From: an uncultured Pseudomonadota bacterium
GTDB taxonomy: Bacteria > Oederibacteriota > Muellerivitia > Muellerivitales > Muellerivitaceae
Direction of reading: 5' to 3'
Length of the DNA: 64,000 bases
Assembly: GCA_963770835.1 (NCBI GenBank)
Contig: CAVYRH010000026.1
Location: 544,001-608,000 of the forward strand
The notes under the pieces were generated by a model. It was not told the DNA's origin. It ran no database searches and saw nothing but the letters and a program-made list of their open reading frames with translations. A program made the translations under genes and the position numbers. This document shows positions 29,547 to 38,985 of this stretch, in pieces. Position 1 is the stretch's first letter; the number at the start of each line of letters is the position of its first letter.

Positions 29547-30875
29547 ATGAATAAAACTTTAATGCAGGAACTGCTTCTTATCCTGGCGGTGGGCTTGGGA
29601 TTGGCCGCTGGCCGGATTTACGGGGCGGGCGGGGATGGCCAATCCTTTTATTCCCCCGAAGAGCTGGAGAAGATCGGCGCGCTTTCACCGATCCCCAATC
29701 CCCCGCCGGACAAGTCCAACGCCTACGCCGACAACGAGAAGGCGGCTAAGCTGGGCCAAAGCCTGTTCTTCGACAAGCGGCTCTCCGGAGCGGGGAACGT
29801 TTCCTGCGCCACTTGCCACGACCCGGCCCATGGCTGGCAGGACGGCCTGGCCCTTCCCAAGCTTTTCATGGACCCCCATTCCCCCGCCCATCGGGACGGC
29901 TTCGGGGCGCGGAAGGTTCCTTCCCTCTGGAACCTGGCCTACAACCACTGGTTCTTTTGGGACGGGCGGGCCGACTCCCTCTGGGGACAGGCCCTGGGCC
30001 CCTTCGAGAACCCCAAGGAAATGCAGGGCGGCAGCCGCCTCCAGCACGCCCATGTGGTTTACGGCGACCCGGCGCTGAAGGGCCAATACGAGGATCTTTT
30101 CGGCAAGTTTCCCGACCTTTCGGACAGCCGGCGTTTCCCCCCCAAGGGATGCCCGGTTCCGGACGACCCCAACAGCGACACCAATAAAGCCTGGCAGTCC
30201 ATGGCCCCGGCGGACCAGGAGGCCGTCAACCGGGTCTATTCCAACCTGGGCAAATCCATCGAGGCTTTTGAACGCAAGATCGTCAGCCACGACTCGAGGT
30301 TCGACCGTTTCGTCGAGGGATTGAAGACGAGCGATGCCCAAAAACAGTCCCTCTTGGACGACCACGAGAAAAACGGCCTCAGGCTTTTCATCGGCAAAGC
30401 ACGCTGTGCCTCATGCCACACCGGGCCCAATTTTACCGACGGAGCCTTCCACGACCTGCGGGTTCCAGAAAAAACCCCCGACGCGGGGAGGTTCGACGGC
30501 ATTGCCAAGGTCAAGGACAGCCTCTTCAACACCGCAGGCCCCTTCAGCAACGACCCGAAGGGAGGGCAGGAAAGGCTGGAGCACCTGAAGGCCAAGCCTA
30601 TCAACCAAGGCCAGATGAAGACCACGGGCTTAAGAAACATCGCCTTGACCGGCCCCTACATGCACCAGGGGCAGATGGCCAGCTTGAAGGATGTGGTGGA
30701 ATACTATTCCACCCTCAAAGGGGCCAGGCCGCTCCAGGGGCCGGACGAGGGCCTGTTGGTGGCGACGCACTTAAGCGGCCAAGAGATCGACGACCTGGTG
30801 GCTTTCCTGGGAACGCTGACAGATGAAAGCGCGGACGCCTCGCTGGTTCCCGCGACGGAATTAAGCCGGAAGTGA
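29547..30875 (+). CDS. Di-heme cytochrome c peroxidase/MauG family protein
   Basis: Signal peptide; LG..LFFD.RLS..SCATCH, FWDGRA, second CASCH, LRNIALTGPYMH.G. Confidence 0.9.
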   Translation: MNKTLMQELLLILAVGLGLAAGRIYGAGGDGQSFYSPEELEKIGALSPIPNPPPDKSNAYADNEKAAKLGQSLFFDKRLSGAGNVSCATCHDPAHGWQDGLALPKLFMDPHSPAHRDGFGARKVPSLWNLAYNHWFFWDGRADSLWGQALGPFENPKEMQGGSRLQHAHVVYGDPALKGQYEDLFGKFPDLSDSRRFPPKGCPVPDDPNSDTNKAWQSMAPADQEAVNRVYSNLGKSIEAFERKIVSHDSRFDRFVEGLKTSDAQKQSLLDDHEKNGLRLFIGKARCASCHTGPNFTDGAFHDLRVPEKTPDAGRFDGIAKVKDSLFNTAGPFSNDPKGGQERLEHLKAKPINQGQMKTTGLRNIALTGPYMHQGQMASLKDVVEYYSTLKGARPLQGPDEGLLVATHLSGQEIDDLVAFLGTLTDESADASLVPATELSRK

Positions 30876-30901
30876 TTTTGAACAAATCCAAGGAGGATTT
30901 C

Positions 30902-31567
30902 ATGCGTTGGTTCATTATTTTTTGCGGCTGTACCCTATTAGCAGCGGCGGGAATTCCCGCCCAGGGCGCGGAAGGAACAGGGGAAGTTTCAGGGCAGGTG
31001 AAGGTCCTCACCCAGGACAACCAGCCTACGGGGGACAACTCCGGCGTTGTGGTTTATATCCGGGAAGTCAACCAAAACAAGGGTTTCAAGCCGCCCCAAG
31101 CCGCGATGACCATGGCGTCGGAAAACATGGAGTTCGACCCGGAGGTCCTGCCCATCCTGGCTGGCACCGCGGTCGCCTTTCCCAATAACGACGACACGGT
31201 CCACAACGCCTTCTCGATCTCCAAGGCGGACCCTTTCGACGTGGGTACCTACGGCCGGGGAGCCGGGAAAAAAGTCGTTTTCAAGAATCCCGGCCAGATC
31301 AACGTGAACTGTAACCTTCATCCCCATATGGCGGCTTACATCCTGGTATTGGGAAACCCTTATTTCACCCTCACCGACGAGAAGGGAAGCTTCACCCTCC
31401 AGGACGTGCCGGCCGGGAGTTATACGGTGGTTTGCTGGTTTCCCTATGGATTCATCCAACAGCAGACAGTGGAAGTGAAGGCGGATGGAAAGTCGAAATT
31501 GGATTTTGAGCTTGTCAAAATGCGGGATGAAATACCGCATAAGAATAAATACGGGAAAAGTTATTGA
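30902..31567 (+). CDS. Secreted cupredoxin + carboxypeptidase-regulatory-like domain protein
   Basis: RBS AAGGAGG; FPN.D...HN.FS and C-N-L-H-P-H-M type-1 copper loop; G.F....VPAG.Y C-terminal domain. Confidence 0.82.
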   Translation: MRWFIIFCGCTLLAAAGIPAQGAEGTGEVSGQVKVLTQDNQPTGDNSGVVVYIREVNQNKGFKPPQAAMTMASENMEFDPEVLPILAGTAVAFPNNDDTVHNAFSISKADPFDVGTYGRGAGKKVVFKNPGQINVNCNLHPHMAAYILVLGNPYFTLTDEKGSFTLQDVPAGSYTVVCWFPYGFIQQQTVEVKADGKSKLDFELVKMRDEIPHKNKYGKSY

Positions 31568-31668
31568 GGGAATTAAACCCGTTGCGTTGATTGGTACCCG
31601 GGTTGGTTATTGGTCGAAAATCCAATGGTTTTGCCGGGCCGTTCTTATTTCATCGAGGGAGGGTGATT

Positions 31669-32916
31669 ATGTTCAATCGTTTATGGAAGTGGATCCTGCT
31701 GGCCGTTTTTGTGACGGCTTTTGGGCCTGCTAAGGCGGAAACCGGGGTAAGCCCCACCGAGATTGTATTAGGCCAGTCCGCCGCCTTCAAGGGCCCAGCC
31801 GCCGGGTTGGGCGCGGAGGTTTGGCGCGGGGCCGAAGCCTGTTTCGACAAGGTCAACGCCGAAGGCGGCGTGAACGGCCGAAAGATCCGGGTTGTGGCCC
31901 TGGACGACGGCTATGAGGGAGATATCACTCTTCCCAACACTGTGCGCCTCATCACCCAGGAAAAGGTCTTCGGCCTTTTCGATTACGTGGGCACCCCTAC
32001 CCTGGTCAAGGCCCTTCCCGCCATCCAGCAATTCTCGGGCGACGGTCTCTTCCTTTTTTCCGCCTTTTCCGGCGCCGAACCCCAAAGGCAGGCCCCCAAC
32101 GACAAGTTCGTCTTCAACATCCGGGCCTCCTACCGCCAGGAAACCGCGGCCTTGGTGAATAACTTCACCAAGCTGGGTTTGAAGAACATCGGCGTTTTTA
32201 TCCAGGATGACGCCTATGGGCGATCGGGGGAAGACGGGGTCATCCGGGCCCTGAAATCCCAAGGCCTGACCCTGACCGCCGAAACTACCTACCAGCGCAA
32301 CGTGCCTTACGAAACCAGCATGGTCCAAGCCATGGGGGCTCTCAAGGCCTCCGGTACCCAGGCGGTCATCGCGGTCGGGGCCTACACCCAGTGCGCCGCC
32401 TTCATCCGTGATGCCCGCAACGCCGGATGGAATGTGCCCATCGCCAACCTCTCCTTCGTGGGGGCCGACCAGTTGCTGAATAAGTTGCAGGAAGAGGGGA
32501 AAACCTCGGGCAAGGACATGACAGCCCACCTGGTCAATTCCCAAGTGGTTCCGCCCTGGACCGACACCTCCGTGCCTCTCGTGGCCGAATACCGGGAAGC
32601 CGTGGACAAGGACAATCCCCAACTTCCCGCGGACCTGCAGGATCCCGCCTACAAACCCGCCACGTATAGCTTCGGGGCACTGGAAGGATACTTGGATGCC
32701 AAGGCCTTCGTGGAAATCCTGAAAAAAACGCCAGCGGATTTGACCCGGGCTTCCTTTATGAAGGCGGCCGAATCCAGCAAATCCTTAAACGTAGGCTTGG
32801 GGGTTCCCCTTTCCTTCTCCAAGACCAACCACCAGGCTTCCAACAAGGTCTTCTTCACGACCGTGGAAAACGGGCAATGGGTGACCTTGAAGGATTGGAA
32901 GGGATTGGTGAAATAA
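31669..32916 (+). CDS. Branched-chain amino acid-type periplasmic binding protein (orphan)
   Basis: N..GGVNGRKI...LDDGY, GTP, FNIRASY.QE, QDDAYG; no permease or ATPase nearby. Confidence 0.88.
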   Translation: MFNRLWKWILLAVFVTAFGPAKAETGVSPTEIVLGQSAAFKGPAAGLGAEVWRGAEACFDKVNAEGGVNGRKIRVVALDDGYEGDITLPNTVRLITQEKVFGLFDYVGTPTLVKALPAIQQFSGDGLFLFSAFSGAEPQRQAPNDKFVFNIRASYRQETAALVNNFTKLGLKNIGVFIQDDAYGRSGEDGVIRALKSQGLTLTAETTYQRNVPYETSMVQAMGALKASGTQAVIAVGAYTQCAAFIRDARNAGWNVPIANLSFVGADQLLNKLQEEGKTSGKDMTAHLVNSQVVPPWTDTSVPLVAEYREAVDKDNPQLPADLQDPAYKPATYSFGALEGYLDAKAFVEILKKTPADLTRASFMKAAESSKSLNVGLGVPLSFSKTNHQASNKVFFTTVENGQWVTLKDWKGLVK

Positions 32917-32917
32917 A

Positions 32918-34531
32918 GTGGAGGACCTCTACCAGGGCAAGACGCCCATGACCGAGTTTCTTGGAAAATTGTCCAAGCGGCTGGGGGGGTGGGGATTAAG
33001 GAACAAAATCCTGGCCCCCACCATCCTAATTACAATCCTAACGGGCTTGGTGCTGAACTTCCAGTCCGCTTCCCGCATCCAAAAGATGCTGCACGGCGAG
33101 TTGCAATCCAAGGGTACGGCGCTTTGCCACGCCCTGGCCGCCAACGCCCAGCAGTCGCTGTCTACCCAGGACGTGACCACCCTTCAAAGCCATATCGACG
33201 AGTACCGCCAGACCTCGGGAGTGGCTTACGTGTATGTCGTTGATGCCAAGGGAAAGGTTTTGGTCCATACCTTTTCGCCCAGTTTTCCAGAAGGGTTGCA
33301 GGAAGTGAACAGTCCCCCTGCCGGAACCTCGGAAAGCCAAGTCAAGACCGTCGACTATATGGGGGTTTACGCCCTGGACATCGCCACCCCTATCCTGGCG
33401 GGGATCATGGGAACGGCCCATATCGGGATGGACCTGAACCTGGAAAAGGCCCAGGTGCGGGCCAACGCTTGGAGTTCGCTTTTTTCGGTCGGCCTGATCC
33501 TGCTGTTGGGCATCGTGGCCCTTTGGGCGGTCACGAATAGGATCATCAACCCCATTTTGGCCTTGAGCGCGGCCACCGAAAAGATCCTGAAAGAAGGGGA
33601 CCTGTCCCAAAAGATCAAGGTCGGTTCCCAGGATGAAGTGGGCCGCTTGGCCAGTAATTTCTCGTTGATGGTGGAAAAGCTCCGGGAAATCCCCTTAGGC
33701 CTCCAGGCATCGGTGCAAAAGCTCTCCCACGCCCTCTCCGGCCTGGAGAAGGCCGCTGATGAGCAAAACAAGAGCGTGACGGCCCAGGCCGCCTCGCTGC
33801 AGGAAACCCAGGTAACGGCCCAGGAAATCAAGCAAACTTCCCAGATGGCGGCTCAAAAAGCCACCGACATCCTCCGGATGGCGGAAAAGGCCGATGAGAT
33901 CGGCAGGACGGGGGAGGAGTCGGTGGAACTGAGCTTGAAAGGCCTGATGGGTATCCGGCAACAGGTGCAGGAAATCGCGGCAAAAATCGGCGACCTGACC
34001 GACCGCACCCGGCAAGTCGGCAGCATCACGGACACGGTCAAGGACTTGGCGGACCAATCCAACATGCTGGCCCTGAACGCCGCCATCGAGGCGGTGCGGT
34101 CGGGTGAGCACGGCAAGGGCTTCGGCCTGGTGGCGCGGGAAATCCGGCGGCTGGCGGACCAGTCCCTGCAATCCACCGGACGGGTCAAGGAGATCCTGGA
34201 CAACATCAGCGAGGCCATCGACAAGGTGGTCCAGATCAACGAATCGGGGTCGGCCCGGATGGAAAGCGGGCTGGTGCAGGTGAAGAACTCGGGGGAAAAC
34301 CTGAGGGCCCTGGTCAACGTGATCAAGGAGAATTCGGACTCGGTGAAACAAATCGCCAACGCGGTCAACCAGCAAAATATCGGCATCAGCCAGGTTTTCA
34401 TCGCGGTGAAGGACCAAAACGGCATGATGGAAGAGACGGTGAAGCGGCTGGAAACCACCACGGAGGCAGTGAAGGTGCTGCAGGAAGTGGCCAAGTCGGT
34501 TTCAGACATCGTGGGAAGTTATAAGGTTTGA
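32918..34531 (+). CDS. Methyl-accepting chemotaxis protein (Cache-like sensor)
   Basis: TM-sensor-TM-HAMP-MA architecture; start may be ATG 32948. Confidence 0.93.
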   Translation: MEDLYQGKTPMTEFLGKLSKRLGGWGLRNKILAPTILITILTGLVLNFQSASRIQKMLHGELQSKGTALCHALAANAQQSLSTQDVTTLQSHIDEYRQTSGVAYVYVVDAKGKVLVHTFSPSFPEGLQEVNSPPAGTSESQVKTVDYMGVYALDIATPILAGIMGTAHIGMDLNLEKAQVRANAWSSLFSVGLILLLGIVALWAVTNRIINPILALSAATEKILKEGDLSQKIKVGSQDEVGRLASNFSLMVEKLREIPLGLQASVQKLSHALSGLEKAADEQNKSVTAQAASLQETQVTAQEIKQTSQMAAQKATDILRMAEKADEIGRTGEESVELSLKGLMGIRQQVQEIAAKIGDLTDRTRQVGSITDTVKDLADQSNMLALNAAIEAVRSGEHGKGFGLVAREIRRLADQSLQSTGRVKEILDNISEAIDKVVQINESGSARMESGLVQVKNSGENLRALVNVIKENSDSVKQIANAVNQQNIGISQVFIAVKDQNGMMEETVKRLETTTEAVKVLQEVAKSVSDIVGSYKV

Positions 34532-34532
34532 G
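33626..34532 (+). repeat. Copy 1 of a ~907-bp near-identical duplication (MCP HAMP end + signalling domain)
   Basis: Matches 35932-36838 at a constant offset of 2306; three substitutions seen by eye (33814, 33951, 34522). Confidence 0.92.
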
Positions 34533-34591
34533 GACTGCTAAACAGCGGTTTCTGCATATGATGCAGAAAATTCAAGATCGGAGATGAAGAG

Positions 34592-35140
34592 ATGAAAAAG
34601 TTAGTCTTGTGGGGATTAGCCGGTTTTATGGCCGTGGGCGCTGCTGGGGCTTCGGGTGATTCCAAAAAATCGGACAAGATGGTGAAGAGGTGCCTGCCCG
34701 TGATCCAGCAATTGGCGGCGGAAAAAACGGTCGTGTCCGATACTGTGGACCAGAACGCGCATCCCTTGAACGCAGACGCCGCACAAAAGCTCCAGGAGGA
34801 TTGGGAGGAAATCGGGATTGCCGACTCGGTGAAGCCCTACCTGAACAAGCCTTCCTGCGCAACCATCAAGGCTTATAAGGACAAACTGCCCACCGCCGTC
34901 AAGTTCTTCACCCTGGACGCCCAGGGAAACGTGGTGGCTACGGTGCCTAAGTCCAAAGATTTCATCCATGCGACCGAGGAAAAGTTCGTGAAGTGCTACA
35001 ACGGCGGCAATGGAAAGGTCTTCGTGGATAAGGCGAAGCTGGACGTTTCCACCAAGATCTATTCGGTCCAGGTGGCCGCCCCCATCCAAGATGGCGGTAA
35101 GACCGTCGGTGTCCTCGTCGTCACCCTTTCTTTGGAATAA
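34592..35140 (+). CDS. Stand-alone periplasmic PDC/Cache-like sensor domain
   Basis: Signal peptide; F.LD..G..VA, D...E.KF, D.ST....QV..PI.D.G..VGVL PDC-fold pattern; no TM or output. Confidence 0.7.
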   Translation: MKKLVLWGLAGFMAVGAAGASGDSKKSDKMVKRCLPVIQQLAAEKTVVSDTVDQNAHPLNADAAQKLQEDWEEIGIADSVKPYLNKPSCATIKAYKDKLPTAVKFFTLDAQGNVVATVPKSKDFIHATEEKFVKCYNGGNGKVFVDKAKLDVSTKIYSVQVAAPIQDGGKTVGVLVVTLSLE

Positions 35141-35199
35141 GGACCGGTCGTATTCGCAATTGGACCCCTTAGGTAGAGGGGCTCTGAGGGAACGAATTA

Positions 35200-36837
35200 A
35201 TGGAAAAAGTTAAAAAGTCCAAAAGTTTTACACTGAAAAAGCGTTTGGGGCTGAGCGTTGGGATCATGTCCCTCCTCTTTTTAGGCCTTTTTTATATTGG
35301 GTTCTTGACGGCCAGATCGTCCAACCAGAGGGTTAGGGATGTTTATGAGCAGACCAACGCCAAGACCATCGCGGCCGTAGCGCTCGAGAACGCCTTTACC
35401 AAGAGCCTCGTTACCCTGGTAGACCAGCTGGCGCTCGAGGTTTATCCCTGGGATGTGGCCCCGGACCGCCTGGCGGAAATCCAAGGGATCATCCACGACA
35501 ACCTGGATTTCCTGCACAAGACCCCGCTGGACGACGATGAGAAGGCTTTGGCCGAAGATATCTTTTCAAAGGTGGATAAAGCCAACGACTTCCTCGCGAA
35601 ATTCGGGAAGACCGTGGACCATAAGGATTTGGCGGCTTTAAGGGCTTTAAGGCCCGACCTTTATCCGGCGGTTCAGCCCATTGGCTATAGCGTCCAGGAA
35701 TTCCTGGACTATGAACTGGGCAAGTCCAAGAACCTCCTGCAAAAAAGCGATAGGACCTTCCAGAATTCCTACCGGGCCATCCTGGGCCTTTCCGTTCTTT
35801 TGGTCTTACTGATCGGCGGAGCGGCCCTTTGGTTCATGAACCGTCAGGTCATACGGCCCATCGAAATCCTTAGCGCGGTCACGGAAAGGATCGTTCGGGA
35901 AGGGGACCTGACCCAAAAAATCGAGATCCGGTCCCAGGATGAAGTGGGCCGCTTGGCCAGTAATTTCTCGTTGATGGTGGAAAAGCTCCGGGAAATCCCC
36001 TTAGGCCTCCAGGCATCGGTGCAAAAGCTCTCCCACGCCCTCTCCGGCCTGGAGAAGGCCGCTGATGAGCAAAACAAGAGCGTGACGGCCCAGGCCGCCT
36101 CGCTGCAGGAAACCCAGGTGACGGCCCAGGAAATCAAGCAAACTTCCCAGATGGCGGCTCAAAAAGCCACCGACATCCTCCGGATGGCGGAAAAGGCCGA
36201 TGAGATCGGCAGGACGGGGGAGGAGTCGGTGGAACTGAGCTTGAAAGGCCTGATGGATATCCGGCAACAGGTGCAGGAAATCGCGGCAAAAATCGGCGAC
36301 CTGACCGACCGCACCCGGCAAGTCGGCAGCATCACGGACACGGTCAAGGACTTGGCGGACCAATCCAACATGCTGGCCCTGAACGCCGCCATCGAGGCGG
36401 TGCGGTCGGGTGAGCACGGCAAGGGCTTCGGCCTGGTGGCGCGGGAAATCCGGCGGCTGGCGGACCAGTCCCTGCAATCCACCGGACGGGTCAAGGAGAT
36501 CCTGGACAACATCAGCGAGGCCATCGACAAGGTGGTCCAGATCAACGAATCGGGGTCGGCCCGGATGGAAAGCGGGCTGGTGCAGGTGAAGAACTCGGGG
36601 GAAAACCTGAGGGCCCTGGTCAACGTGATCAAGGAGAATTCGGACTCGGTGAAACAAATCGCCAACGCGGTCAACCAGCAAAATATCGGCATCAGCCAGG
36701 TTTTCATCGCGGTGAAGGACCAAAACGGCATGATGGAAGAGACGGTGAAGCGGCTGGAAACCACCACGGAGGCAGTGAAGGTGCTGCAGGAAGTGGCCAA
36801 GTCGGTTTCAGACATCGTGGGAAGTTACAAGGTTTGA
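35200..36837 (+). CDS. Methyl-accepting chemotaxis protein (four-helix-bundle sensor)
   Basis: All-alpha periplasmic domain between two TMs, HAMP, MA domain. Confidence 0.93.
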   Translation: MEKVKKSKSFTLKKRLGLSVGIMSLLFLGLFYIGFLTARSSNQRVRDVYEQTNAKTIAAVALENAFTKSLVTLVDQLALEVYPWDVAPDRLAEIQGIIHDNLDFLHKTPLDDDEKALAEDIFSKVDKANDFLAKFGKTVDHKDLAALRALRPDLYPAVQPIGYSVQEFLDYELGKSKNLLQKSDRTFQNSYRAILGLSVLLVLLIGGAALWFMNRQVIRPIEILSAVTERIVREGDLTQKIEIRSQDEVGRLASNFSLMVEKLREIPLGLQASVQKLSHALSGLEKAADEQNKSVTAQAASLQETQVTAQEIKQTSQMAAQKATDILRMAEKADEIGRTGEESVELSLKGLMDIRQQVQEIAAKIGDLTDRTRQVGSITDTVKDLADQSNMLALNAAIEAVRSGEHGKGFGLVAREIRRLADQSLQSTGRVKEILDNISEAIDKVVQINESGSARMESGLVQVKNSGENLRALVNVIKENSDSVKQIANAVNQQNIGISQVFIAVKDQNGMMEETVKRLETTTEAVKVLQEVAKSVSDIVGSYKV

Positions 36838-36838
36838 G
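35932..36838 (+). repeat. Copy 2 of the ~907-bp MCP signalling-domain duplication
   Basis: See 33626-34532. Confidence 0.92.
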
Positions 36839-36968
36839 CCGTTGCTGGGTTGTTCTTTGGCCGTTGTCGTTCTGACTTCGCTGTGTTGTCTCTTAGCGGT
36901 GCTGGTTGGTATCAATTCATTTCAAGCTTCCCTGAGTTTGAAATGAAAACTTATTTGGGAGGTTTTGA

Positions 36969-38033
36969 ATGAAATTTGAAATTAAGAAATGGGTTTTGCG
37001 CGTGGCTTTAGCCGGGGTTCTTTCCATGGGAATGGTTGATGTGGCAAAAGCCGATTCCTCGGAAACCGCAGCGGTTTCCGCAACGCCGATTGCCACTCCG
37101 GCGGTTGCCGCTCCGAAGTGGGGCGTCTTGCTTCAAGAGGAAGGAACGCAGGTATTCGGACAAAACGAAGCCCCGAGTTCCTTGAACTTGGGTTTACAAA
37201 ACATCCGTTTAAAGAGCACTTTTGGCATTGACGCCGCCGATACCGCTGTCGTACAAGCCGGGTTTGCCAACGCGGGCATCAGCGCGTTTGAAATGTTGGA
37301 CGCTTACGATGTCCATAACCTGGGAGATATCAACCCGGGCCTGGCATTGAAAGCCGGGCAGTTCAAGTACCCCTTCGGTTGGGATAAAGCCCTGAGTCCG
37401 GATCAATTGACCCGCACCCAATATTCCACCATCGACGCGGTTGTCCCGGCCGGTCTTACTAATACGCCCAGTAATTCATGGGATGTGGGCGTGGAATTGG
37501 ATCAAATCTACAACGACTTGACCCTTCGATTGGCCGCGGTTCAAAATCCAAACTCAACCTCGCCTACGAGCAACAAGGATTATGTCGGCCGCGTTCAATG
37601 GAAGAGCGCCAACTTAAACTTGGGGTTGTCCGACTATTACTCGGCTTCTACGCTGGTCATTGGCGGCGATCCCAGGGCCAACAACCTCAACACCGTGGGC
37701 GCCAACGCCACGGTCAAGGTGGATGTGTTCAATTTGGACCTGGAAGCGGTTTGGGGCGATGCCAACGTCAACGGTTATACCGGCACTTTGTCGGCCAAGC
37801 CGATTCCCGGTTTCCAGCCGGCTGTTTGGTATGAATTCACCATGAACAACAGAACGGTTGTGGCACCCCACAATAGTGTTTTGAGCAACGATTTGGGGGC
37901 CGGCCTGAATTTCTGGCTCGGAGATCAAACCCGTTTGGCGATGGATGCGGATTTTACCGGTTGGGCCGCTTCTGGCTCGTGTGACATCTTGAGTTACAAT
38001 AAGGAAACCGTCCAACTTCAAGAAGTGTTTTAA
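36969..38033 (+). CDS. Outer-membrane porin-like protein (OprO/P-like)
   Basis: Signal peptide; DAY....GQFK.PFG motif, amphipathic beta strands, C-terminal Phe. Confidence 0.72.
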   Translation: MKFEIKKWVLRVALAGVLSMGMVDVAKADSSETAAVSATPIATPAVAAPKWGVLLQEEGTQVFGQNEAPSSLNLGLQNIRLKSTFGIDAADTAVVQAGFANAGISAFEMLDAYDVHNLGDINPGLALKAGQFKYPFGWDKALSPDQLTRTQYSTIDAVVPAGLTNTPSNSWDVGVELDQIYNDLTLRLAAVQNPNSTSPTSNKDYVGRVQWKSANLNLGLSDYYSASTLVIGGDPRANNLNTVGANATVKVDVFNLDLEAVWGDANVNGYTGTLSAKPIPGFQPAVWYEFTMNNRTVVAPHNSVLSNDLGAGLNFWLGDQTRLAMDADFTGWAASGSCDILSYNKETVQLQEVF

Positions 38034-38166
38034 TAAAGTTTGTATAATTCGAATATGGGGTTGATTCTTTAAATCCTATTCCTTCTTTTTTTGGAGCTCA
38101 ATTCAGGGTTGGGCTTCACTTGGGAAAGCAGAGTATTCCACCAACAACTTTTAACGGCTGAGGTTC

Positions 38167-38200
38167 AAGGCCCATTCCTGAAAGGGGATGAGCCTTTTTT
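38167..38200 (+). terminator. Rho-independent terminator
   Basis: aaggcccattcct-gaaa-ggggatgagcctttttt. Confidence 0.7.
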
Positions 38201-38277
38201 ATTACCCTGATCCCCGGCGCCGTAGTTAAAAAGCCCAAAAAGGGAATGACGAACGTCTAAAAAGAAAGGCGGGTGGA

Positions 38278-38838
38278 ATGAAAACGATCAAACGGTTTTT
38301 GCTGATCCCGGCGCTTTTAATGCCGGTGGTTCTCCTGATGGGTTGTCCCGCCAAACCCCCGACTTCCCCGAACGCGGCCTTGATCCAAAATAATTGGAAC
38401 GGGCAAACTCCCACCGGTTACACCAATCTCATCACCAGTTCGGGCTTTTACGTCCAACCCTATCCGGGAAGCACCATGTCCAGCGTTGTGTTGTGGTTCC
38501 TGGTAAACCAAACGGGAAGCTATAACTATAATTTGACGGTTACGGATTCGGCCTATAACGGCAGCGTCATTGGAACCGCCTCCAGCGGGCCCGTTTCCCT
38601 TTCCTCGACCGCCCTTTACCAGCCGGTCACCTTTACCCTTAGCGGCGACCCCGGCGTCACCAAGGGCCATACGGTGGCTTTCGCCGTGAATGCCACGAGC
38701 GGCCCGGGCACCACTTCCTATTGCCCCCAAGCGTCCAACGCCAACAACGTCAATATCGTGCTGACCATCGGGACCAGTCCCCCGCTCGGAACCGCCCAAG
38801 GCACCGGTGTGGCGGTGGTGATCGACGGCAATAGTTAA
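38278..38838 (+). CDS. Hypothetical lipoprotein
   Basis: LLMGC lipobox; S/T/G/N-rich beta domain. Confidence 0.7.
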   Translation: MKTIKRFLLIPALLMPVVLLMGCPAKPPTSPNAALIQNNWNGQTPTGYTNLITSSGFYVQPYPGSTMSSVVLWFLVNQTGSYNYNLTVTDSAYNGSVIGTASSGPVSLSSTALYQPVTFTLSGDPGVTKGHTVAFAVNATSGPGTTSYCPQASNANNVNIVLTIGTSPPLGTAQGTGVAVVIDGNS

Positions 38839-38985
38839 AGCCGGTTCCCGATGGCGCAGCGGGGAATTAAAACCATTCCCGGTTGAAACCTTCCGAAATC
38901 CCCCCGCTCTCTTCCGGCTATGGACGGGACTGGGCCGCGTGTTAAACTAAATCCCCAATTTCCATTTCCAAGGAAGCCCTTCCCT

